From Alphaproteobacteria bacterium (lineage in GTDB: Bacteria; Pseudomonadota; Alphaproteobacteria; Rs-D84), in NCBI GenBank assembly GCA_017935245.1, contig JAGBHZ010000011.1, forward strand, positions 107,286-171,285: a stretch of DNA of 64,000 nucleotides. The letters run 5' to 3'. The position numbers and the translations under genes are program-made. Position 1 is the stretch's first letter, and each line of letters starts with the position of its first letter. Under the pieces are notes generated by a model. The model saw only the letters and a list, made by a program, of their open reading frames with translations, made no database searches and was not told the DNA's origin. Positions 39,485-46,546 of this stretch are shown here, in pieces.

Positions 39485-41725
39485 ATGAATTTGCTTATCG
39501 TGGAATCACCATCAAAAGCGAAAACAATTGAAAAATATCTGGGTAAGGGATGGCGTGTTATCGCATCGGTTGGACATGTACGTGATTTAGTTCCAGAAAA
39601 CGGCAGTGTTGATACAGAAAATAATTTTAAAATGCGCTGGCAAATTATGCCGGGTAAAGAAAAACAAATTAAACTGATTACAGAAGAATTAAAAAAAGCA
39701 GATGCGGTTTATCTGGCAAGCGACCCGGACCGCGAAGGGGAAGCCATCGCATGGCATTTATTGGATATATTAAAATCTAAAAAATTATTAAAAGATAAGC
39801 CCGTTTATCGTGTCGCTTTTCATGAAATTACAAAAAAAGCAGTGTTGGCCGCAATCGAAAATCCACGCGAAATTGATACAGACCTGGTGGATGCATATAT
39901 GGTGCGACGTGCGCTGGATTATTTAATCGGTTTTGGTATTTCACCATTGTTGTGGCGGCGAAACCTGGGGAAATCTGCGGGGCGGGTGCAATCGGTGGCG
40001 GTTAAACTGGTTGTTGATCGCGAAAAAGAAATCGAAGATTTTAAACCGGTTGAATATTGGTCGGTTGATTCAGTTTGCAAAGTGCAAAGTGTAGAATTCA
40101 AAGCAAATTTGAACAAATTCGAAGGTCAAAAAATTGAAAAAATGACCATCGAAAATCAAAATATGGTTGATAATATCCTGGGGAAAATTGGTGAACCGGA
40201 AATTCGTGCCACGGTTATCGATATCGAAAAGAAAAAAACAACACGAAAACCCGCCGCACCGTTTACAACATCAACCCTGCAACAGGAAGCGGCACGAAAA
40301 CTGTATTTCGCATCAAAACGCACAATGAGTGCCGCCCAGCACCTTTATGAACAGGGGTTAATTACATATATGCGTACGGATGCAACAAACCTGAATGCGG
40401 ATGCGGTTGCAGAAATTAGAAACTATATCACAAATACATATGGTGAAAATTTTGTACCCAAAACACCAAATGTTTATGCAACAAAATCAAAAAATGCCCA
40501 GGAAGCACACGAAGCAATTCGTCCAACGCATTTTGATGCGCCGGCCAAGGGATTGACGGGGGATGAAGCAAAACTGTATGATTTAATTTGGAAACGCACA
40601 ATCGCATGCCAGATGTGTAACGCAGAATTTGATTCGGTTGCCGCAGATATTGAAACCGAAAATAAAATTGCAATCTTTCACGCAACCGGTTCAACACGCA
40701 CATTTGATGGTTTTATGAAGGTTTATACAGAAGACAAAGACGACGATGACGACAAAAAAGAATCTAAGTTACCACCAATGAATATTGGGGATGAAATTTT
40801 AATTTCTGAAATTATCCCCGAACAGCACTTTACCCAGGCGCCACCACGTTATACAGAAGCGTCGCTGGTAAAAAAATTGGAAGAGTTGGGAATTGGACGT
40901 CCATCAACATACGCAACAATTATGTCAACAATCGTTGATAGAAACTATGTTGAACAGGATAAACAACGTCGTTTTCATCCGACAAATGGGGGATGGGTTA
41001 TTGCGTCATATCTGAATAAATATTTTACTGATTTGGTTGATGTGAACTTTACCGCAAAAACAGAAGATACATTAGACGATGTTTCAAATGGCAAGGTGAA
41101 AAAATTAAATGCGTTGGAAAATTTCTGGCGGCCAACAAACGAAATGATAGAAGGGGCACGTGGTGTTAAAACATCTGAGATAATCGATGAAATTAACGAA
41201 TTTATGCATAATCATTTGTTTGCTGAAACGGGTGATGTATGCCCAGATTGTGGTAAAAAATTAGGTATTAAATTATCCAAGTTTGGTCCGTTTATTGGTT
41301 GTGAAAATTATCCAAATTGTAAATATACCAAACAATTAAATAAAAACGACAAACCAACAGACACCCCAGAATCCAGCGTACAGAAGAATATTTCAGATGC
41401 AATTGAATTAGGCGATGGTATCGAATTTCGTGTTGGAAAATTTGGTCCGTATGTAACAGATGGCGCAAAAAATGTCGCGGCAAAACAATATACACACGAA
41501 ACAATTACACTGGAAATTGCGCGCGAATTATTAGCAAACGCCGGTAAAAAATCAGAACCTGTTAAAATTGGTGAAAACCCAGAAACAAAAAAGATGATAT
41601 ACTTTTATCCATCGGGACGCTATGGACCATATATATCATCAAATCGTGTTAATGTTTCGGTCAAAGAAATGCCTGATTTGGAAACTGCAATTAAAATGAT
41701 TAATAATAAAACTAAAAAGAAGTAA
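39485..41725 (+). CDS. topA: DNA topoisomerase I (shortened)
   Basis: Toprim N-terminus (LLIVESPSKAKTIEKYLG), a TOP1A core (catalytic Tyr region YMRTDAT), and a single C-terminal zinc ribbon (CPDCGKK...CENYPNC). 746 aa. Confidence 0.93.
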   Translation: MNLLIVESPSKAKTIEKYLGKGWRVIASVGHVRDLVPENGSVDTENNFKMRWQIMPGKEKQIKLITEELKKADAVYLASDPDREGEAIAWHLLDILKSKKLLKDKPVYRVAFHEITKKAVLAAIENPREIDTDLVDAYMVRRALDYLIGFGISPLLWRRNLGKSAGRVQSVAVKLVVDREKEIEDFKPVEYWSVDSVCKVQSVEFKANLNKFEGQKIEKMTIENQNMVDNILGKIGEPEIRATVIDIEKKKTTRKPAAPFTTSTLQQEAARKLYFASKRTMSAAQHLYEQGLITYMRTDATNLNADAVAEIRNYITNTYGENFVPKTPNVYATKSKNAQEAHEAIRPTHFDAPAKGLTGDEAKLYDLIWKRTIACQMCNAEFDSVAADIETENKIAIFHATGSTRTFDGFMKVYTEDKDDDDDKKESKLPPMNIGDEILISEIIPEQHFTQAPPRYTEASLVKKLEELGIGRPSTYATIMSTIVDRNYVEQDKQRRFHPTNGGWVIASYLNKYFTDLVDVNFTAKTEDTLDDVSNGKVKKLNALENFWRPTNEMIEGARGVKTSEIIDEINEFMHNHLFAETGDVCPDCGKKLGIKLSKFGPFIGCENYPNCKYTKQLNKNDKPTDTPESSVQKNISDAIELGDGIEFRVGKFGPYVTDGAKNVAAKQYTHETITLEIARELLANAGKKSEPVKIGENPETKKMIYFYPSGRYGPYISSNRVNVSVKEMPDLETAIKMINNKTKKK

Positions 41726-43341
41726 TGGCAGATTTTAACCGCAATTTTACAGATGAAATTCGTGAACGGTTATCAATCGTTGATGTTGTTTCACGGCGTG
41801 TGCCATTGACCAAAAAGGGTCAAAATTATTGGGGTTGTTGTCCATTTCATAATGAAAAAACCCCCAGTTTTTCTGTTAACGAAGACAAAGGTTTTTTTCA
41901 CTGTTTTGGTTGTGGAAAGCATGGTGATATTTTTTCATTTGTTATGGAAACAGATCATATAGATTTTGTCGCCGCAATGCAGGAATTAGCAAATATGGCC
42001 GGCATAAAGTTACCAGAAAAAAATCCTCGACCGGCCGATGTTGTTTCCCGTGAAAAATCTTTGTTTCAAATTTGTGATGCGGCTGCAAATGAGTATCATG
42101 AAAAATTATTTTCAGACGAAGGGGCGCATGCCCTGGAATATGTGCGTGGACGTGGTTTTAGTGATGATATGATAAAAAAATATCGTATCGGTTATGCGCC
42201 AAAGAAAAACTTTATCGCAAATAAATTTGTAAATGAAAAACAGGAAAATTTAATTGCAACCGGCCTTTGTCGGCGTGGTGATTATGGATTATACGATTTC
42301 TTTCGCGATAAATTAATGTTCCCTATCTTTAATCCACGTGGTCAAATTGTTGCTTTTTCGGGGCGTTCGCTGGATGGGTCGGAACCAAAGTATATAAACA
42401 CCAGTGATACAGAAATTTTCCACAAAAGAAAAACTGTATTTGGGTTCAATTTTGCCCGTGATGCAATTTACAGAAATAACCGCAGTATCGTCGTCGAAGG
42501 ACAAATAGATGCAATAAAAATGCAGGTAAATGGTTTTGGTGAAACCGTTGCCCCACTGGGGACGGCATTAACCGAAGATCATATTGCATTACTTTGTAAA
42601 TCTAATCGAAATATTACATTTTGTTTCGATGGTGATAATGCCGGACAAAAGGCGGCTGCCCGCGCATGTGGTATTGTTATGCCATTTTTACGCGATAATT
42701 CAGATGTAAAATTTGCATTTGTTTCAGGTGGCAAGGATCCAGATGAAATACTAAGAAACAGTGGTACGGATGCAATGCGAAAAATTATTGATGATGCGGT
42801 ACCATTGGTTGATTTTTTATGGAATCTGGCAAATACAAACTTTGTAATATCAACACCGGGGGGACGGGTCCAGGCGGAAAAGTTCTTGAAAAACGAACTG
42901 GAAAAAATTACCGATAATGACCTGAAAAGCGAGATGATTAAAGAATACGAAAAAAGGAAATTTGAAAACTGGCGCAAATGGAAACGTGATAATAATATCG
43001 TTAATATAAAAATTCCCGATGTTGACGCGGTTACAAAAAATACGTTGGTGTATATTGTGAACACATATCCGGAAATGGTCGAACGCCATGGTGATTTCTT
43101 GGCAACACTTAACATTGATTTCGGTGGGGCGGCGGCCGAATTGGATTTATCTTTAAATGATTCTGAAAAATATATTGTGTCATTAAAATTACAGCGTTAT
43201 ATGCAGCGGCTAAATATTCAAAACAAAGAATTAACCGCCAGATTATTGTCGGGTGATGAAACTGCACGCGAAGAACTATCTAAAAATTCCGCAGAAATCA
43301 TGCGTACACAAGAAAAATTAGAACAATTAATTTCTTTGTAA
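41725..43341 (+). CDS. dnaG: DNA primase
   Basis: Zinc finger (CCPFHNEKTPSFSVNEDKGFFHCFGCGKHGD) and a Toprim domain (VVEGQIDAI, FDGDNAGQKAA). 538 aa. rpoD does not follow it. Confidence 0.93.
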   Translation: MADFNRNFTDEIRERLSIVDVVSRRVPLTKKGQNYWGCCPFHNEKTPSFSVNEDKGFFHCFGCGKHGDIFSFVMETDHIDFVAAMQELANMAGIKLPEKNPRPADVVSREKSLFQICDAAANEYHEKLFSDEGAHALEYVRGRGFSDDMIKKYRIGYAPKKNFIANKFVNEKQENLIATGLCRRGDYGLYDFFRDKLMFPIFNPRGQIVAFSGRSLDGSEPKYINTSDTEIFHKRKTVFGFNFARDAIYRNNRSIVVEGQIDAIKMQVNGFGETVAPLGTALTEDHIALLCKSNRNITFCFDGDNAGQKAAARACGIVMPFLRDNSDVKFAFVSGGKDPDEILRNSGTDAMRKIIDDAVPLVDFLWNLANTNFVISTPGGRVQAEKFLKNELEKITDNDLKSEMIKEYEKRKFENWRKWKRDNNIVNIKIPDVDAVTKNTLVYIVNTYPEMVERHGDFLATLNIDFGGAAAELDLSLNDSEKYIVSLKLQRYMQRLNIQNKELTARLLSGDETAREELSKNSAEIMRTQEKLEQLISL

Positions 43342-43383
43342 AATAATTCTTGATTGTGGTTATATTCATGAAATAATTTATAT

Positions 43384-43743
43384 ATGTCCATGCGATATAT
43401 ATATTTACTGCGCAATCCAGAAACCGGGCATATCATCAGATATGTTATTGGATATCACGCCATGGCAATGTCGATTGATGAATTGTTTTATTTAATGCGT
43501 GATAAAATGCCAATCGCAAAACCATATCGTTTCCAAATTGGTGTTAAAATTATCAAGGATGGTAAATCAACAATAAAATGGAATAAAAAAATATATACAA
43601 TAGGATGTGTTTATAACAATAAAATTTATAATCTTGATGGAAAAGTATATAATTTTACAGAAAATGATGTTGTTATTTCCCCGGCTTTTTTAAACATTTT
43701 TATTAAAAAGGCCGGGAATTTATTAAAAGAAAAATCAAAATAA
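43384..43743 (+). CDS. Hypothetical protein
   Basis: 119-aa ORF 42 nt after dnaG. No motif recognised. Confidence 0.4.
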   Translation: MSMRYIYLLRNPETGHIIRYVIGYHAMAMSIDELFYLMRDKMPIAKPYRFQIGVKIIKDGKSTIKWNKKIYTIGCVYNNKIYNLDGKVYNFTENDVVISPAFLNIFIKKAGNLLKEKSK

Positions 43744-44424
43744 CGAAAAATTATTTTTAAATGTTTCGTATGCAATATTACGAATTTCATCCGTTGACAG
43801 GCCCGCCATGCGTAAATATTGAATTTGGGCCGGTGTTTGCCGGTAAATTGACGCAGAATGTTCGGCCGATTTGGGTTCTGAACTTATGTATTGTGCCGGT
43901 AAAAATTCAATTTTTGCCGTTTCATCCGCAATTGCAGAAAATCCAACATCCGATATACAATCCGGACAATTCTTTGATATTTCGGCAGATCCAGATATTT
44001 TTGAATATGTATTTTTATGCGCAATTATTTTTGTATGCACCAAAATACCGGTATTTTTGTAAAAATGGCCGGCATTTATATCTAATTCCAACCGGTCAAA
44101 GTTTTCAACAAAAACGTGACCACGTAATTCAGAATTTTTCCCGGTGTTTTTGATAAAAATATTAAAAAAGGCCGGCTTTTTATTTTTTATATCAACCGAT
44201 AAAAATACCAGCTGATTTTCAACATTGATATCAATAAATAAATCATTTTTATCAATAATTTCACCAACGTAAATAATATGCACCGGCAGGTCATATTTTT
44301 TATCGATTTGGCCGGATTTTATCGTCGATAAGTCTGGGCAATATTTACCATCGCGGTACACAATCGTTTCCGCAGGAAATGTTTTTATATTGAATTCATT
44401 CCACATGTATGACATATTATCCAC
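43735..44424 (-). CDS. Short SufB/SufD-family (UPF0051) protein, an orphan with no sufBC nearby
   Basis: 229 aa. The C-terminus (KSAEHSASIYRQTPAQIQYLRMAGLSTDEIRNIAYETF) matches the conserved SufBD tail (C/HSHGATVG..LDEEQLFYLRSRGI..EEA). The beta-helix-like repeats are only about half the normal SufD length. Confidence 0.5.
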   Translation of the reverse strand: MDNMSYMWNEFNIKTFPAETIVYRDGKYCPDLSTIKSGQIDKKYDLPVHIIYVGEIIDKNDLFIDINVENQLVFLSVDIKNKKPAFFNIFIKNTGKNSELRGHVFVENFDRLELDINAGHFYKNTGILVHTKIIAHKNTYSKISGSAEISKNCPDCISDVGFSAIADETAKIEFLPAQYISSEPKSAEHSASIYRQTPAQIQYLRMAGLSTDEIRNIAYETFKNNFSLF

Positions 44425-44442
44425 ATTATAAAGGATTTAGAC

Positions 44443-45522
44443 ATGGGATTCAATTGTGGAATTGTTGGATTGCCAAATGTTGGTAAATCAACACTGTTTA
44501 ATGCGTTAACACAAAGTGCGGCCGCGGATGCACAGAACTATCCGTTTTGTACAATCGAACCAAACACGGGGCGTGTTGTTGTGCCAGATGCGACATTGCA
44601 TGAATTGGCACGCGTTGCAGGTTCACAAAAAATTATACCAACACAACTGGAAATCGTTGATATTGCAGGTTTGGTAAAGGGGGCGTCGGCCGGCGAAGGA
44701 TTGGGAAATAAATTCTTGGGCAATATTTTATCAACAGATGCGATTATTCATGTGGTTCGCTGCTTTGAAAATGATGATATTGTGCATGTTAATGGAAAAA
44801 TTGACCCGTTGGGCGATATTGAAACGATTGAAACGGAATTAATGCTGGCAGATATGGAAAACCTGGAAAAACAGATTAAAAACCTGGAAAAAAAGGCACG
44901 CGGGCTGGATAAAGATGCGGCAAAATTGCTGGCGGATGCAAATGCAATTAAATCCAATCTGGAAAAATCAATTCCGGCACGTGATGGTGATATTGATGCG
45001 GCGCCTTTTAATTTATTAACCGCACAACCGGTTATCTATGTTTGTAATGTCGAAGAAGCGGCCGCGGCATGTGGCAACAAATATTCCGATATGGTTCGTG
45101 AAAAATTTGGGTCGGTCGCCGACGTTTTGGTTATTTCATCAAAAATTGAAATGGAAATTTCACAAATTGTTGACGTGGACGAAAGAAAAATGTTCCTGGA
45201 TGATTTAGGATTGACTGAATCCGGCCTGGACCAGGTTATTAAGACCGGGTATAAAACATTAGGCCTGCAAACATATTACACAATCGGGCCCAAGGAAGCA
45301 CATGCATGGACCATCACCGTTGGTATGACCGCGCCCCAGGCGGCCGGAAAAATCCACACCGATTTTGAAAAAGGCTTTATCCGGGCCGAGGTTATTTCGC
45401 CCGCAGATTATATTGCCCTCGGTGGCGAGGTTGCCGTAAAAGAAGCGGGTAAAATGCGCCTGGTGGGGCGTGATTATGTCATGCAAAACGGCGACATTTG
45501 CCATTTCTTGTTTAATAATTAA
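44443..45522 (+). CDS. ychF: Ribosome-binding ATPase YchF (Obg family)
   Basis: G1 motif (GIVGLPNVGKST), a coiled-coil insert, and a C-terminal TGS domain. 359 aa. Confidence 0.93.
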   Translation: MGFNCGIVGLPNVGKSTLFNALTQSAAADAQNYPFCTIEPNTGRVVVPDATLHELARVAGSQKIIPTQLEIVDIAGLVKGASAGEGLGNKFLGNILSTDAIIHVVRCFENDDIVHVNGKIDPLGDIETIETELMLADMENLEKQIKNLEKKARGLDKDAAKLLADANAIKSNLEKSIPARDGDIDAAPFNLLTAQPVIYVCNVEEAAAACGNKYSDMVREKFGSVADVLVISSKIEMEISQIVDVDERKMFLDDLGLTESGLDQVIKTGYKTLGLQTYYTIGPKEAHAWTITVGMTAPQAAGKIHTDFEKGFIRAEVISPADYIALGGEVAVKEAGKMRLVGRDYVMQNGDICHFLFNN

Positions 45523-45549
45523 AAAAACGGCTTTTGCCGTTTTTTTTTC
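45521..45549 (+). terminator. Rho-independent terminator after ychF
   Basis: AAAAAAACGGC-tttt-GCCGTTTTTTTTT. Confidence 0.85.
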
Positions 45550-45578
45550 TTGCATTTATGTTTATGTGGGGTTATAAT
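45550..45578 (+). promoter_or_regulatory. Near-consensus sigma-70 promoter (TTGCAT, 17-bp spacer, TATAAT) driving a short non-coding transcript
   Basis: The -35 hexamer TTGCAT is at 45550-45555 and the -10 hexamer TATAAT is at 45573-45578, giving an exact 17-bp spacer. The nearest annotated genes are on the opposite strand or upstream. Confidence 0.55.
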
Positions 45579-45583
45579 TTAGA

Positions 45584-45706
45584 CGGAAACTGTAGCAAAT
45601 AACGAGGCGTTTATAAAAAAATATTTTTTGGGGACGCCTACAATGCAAGTTTATTGCAAGAGGCTACATCCTGTTTTTTTTAGAACCTTTTTAGGTTCTT
45701 TTTTTT
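45584..45706 (+). ncRNA. Putative small RNA of about 100-120 nt, running from the strong promoter to a hairpin terminator. Function unknown.
   Basis: Predicted transcription start about 6 nt after the -10 hexamer. It contains an internal GGCGT...ACGCC hairpin and a palindromic TTGCAA pair. It ends at AGAACC-ttttta-GGTTCT followed by TTTTTTT (45682-45706), with another T-tract at 45673-45680. I see no convincing ORF in it. Confidence 0.35.
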
Positions 45707-45794
45707 ATATATTATTTCTTGGTAAATATTATAAGATAATAAAAAACCCACCAATTGGCGGGGATTTTTATTTGGTCTTAATTCGAACTTAATC

Positions 45795-45929
45795 TTATTT
45801 TCTTTTGAAACCCTGTTTCGCTTTGAACTTAGGATTATCTGGATCGATTAAGATTACCTGCTTGCCACGACGGATTTGTTTTACGTTTCCGCGTTTCTTC
45901 CAAGCCTTTAATGAACTTAAAAATTTCAT
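45795..45929 (-). CDS. rpmJ: 50S ribosomal protein L36 (bL36), zinc-ligand-free variant. It is missing from the ORF track because it is under 60 aa.
   Basis: The minus-strand translation is MKFLSSLKAWKKRGNVKQIRRGKQVILIDPDNPKFKAKQGFKRK (44 aa). It matches the L36 pattern MKVxSSLK...RRG...VI...NP[KR][FH]K[AQ][KR]QG, but the Cys/His zinc ligands are replaced. A GU-containing hairpin plus T-tract terminator follows it on the minus strand at about 45741-45772. Confidence 0.7.
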   Translation of the reverse strand: MKFLSSLKAWKKRGNVKQIRRGKQVILIDPDNPKFKAKQGFKRK

Positions 45930-46016
45930 GTCTTAATCCTTTGGTACGGTGGGTATTATATACGCTTTTTGTGAAAAATCAAATATTAATATTATTTTTT
46001 GTTGTTTTTGTAGGGC

Positions 46017-46221
46017 CTGTTGAAATTGTTGAAAACAGTTATTCACTTTTTATCAACCGGTTTTTAACAATTATTTCCAGGTTTTCTGCGGGGTTGTGAT
46101 TGGTGTGTTGAAAAATACCCCTGTTAATTTAACAGTTAAAAAATACACAGTTTTCAACATAATTAACAATTTTTTTGGGGATGTTTTTATACTTGTTGAA
46201 AAATGTTGAAATTGGTATAAT
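46017..46221 (+). promoter_or_regulatory. virB3 upstream region with at least six GTTGAAA(A) motifs on both strands, a 15-bp palindrome, and an extended -10 promoter
   Basis: GTTGAAA occurs at about 46019, 46028, 46107, 46195 and 46205 on the + strand and at 46151-46158 (TTTTCAAC) on the minus strand. A CTGTTAA-t-TTAACAG palindrome sits at about 46121-46135. TGgTATAAT (46213-46221) gives an extended -10 about 25 nt before the virB3 ATG. The ribosome-binding site is AAGAGAG. Confidence 0.5.
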
Positions 46222-46246
46222 TCAAATACATAGGGGTACAAGAGAG

Positions 46247-46543
46247 ATGAAACAGCAAGTTTTAAAGGCTTTAGCAAATCCGTCGCGCATATTTTATGTG
46301 CCGTATTCACTGGCTGTGATTAATTTTTTTGTGCAATTTGTTATTTTTATGGTCGTTTTTGTCGCAGATTTGTTAATTCATGGTACTGATTCTATGGTTA
46401 ATCCGGCGTTTTTCTTGATTTCTGTTATAATTGTACACTCTATTTTGGCGATTTATTCCAAGCGTGATCCTCAAATTGGGCAAATTATCACAGCAAGAAT
46501 ACAATTAATGAAAAAAAAGATTCCAAACAGGTTGGCGGCGTAA
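46247..46543 (+). CDS. virB3: Type IV secretion system protein VirB3
   Basis: About 98 aa from the internal Met (MKQQVLKALANPSRIFYVPYSLAVINFFVQF), with two transmembrane helices. It sits directly upstream of virB4. The tracked ORF starts earlier, at 46175. Confidence 0.75.
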   Translation: MKQQVLKALANPSRIFYVPYSLAVINFFVQFVIFMVVFVADLLIHGTDSMVNPAFFLISVIIVHSILAIYSKRDPQIGQIITARIQLMKKKIPNRLAA

Positions 46544-46546
46544 GAA

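Noticed and set aside
42579-43115. 178-aa minus-strand ORF
   Set aside because: It is antisense inside dnaG and is a shadow ORF.
45643-45792. Roughly 50-aa + strand ORF (MQVYCKRLHPVFF...) inside the putative sRNA
   Set aside because: It runs through two terminator hairpins and T-tracts and has low-complexity Phe/Leu/Tyr composition from AT-rich DNA. It is unlikely to be translated.
46017-46221. CRISPR array or CtrA box interpretation of the GTTGAAA repeats
   Set aside because: The repeats are 7-8 nt with irregular spacers of 1-70 nt and both orientations, so this is not a CRISPR. The TTAAtttaacaGTTAA segment is one position off the TTAA-N7-TTAAC CtrA consensus, so I report it only as a palindrome.
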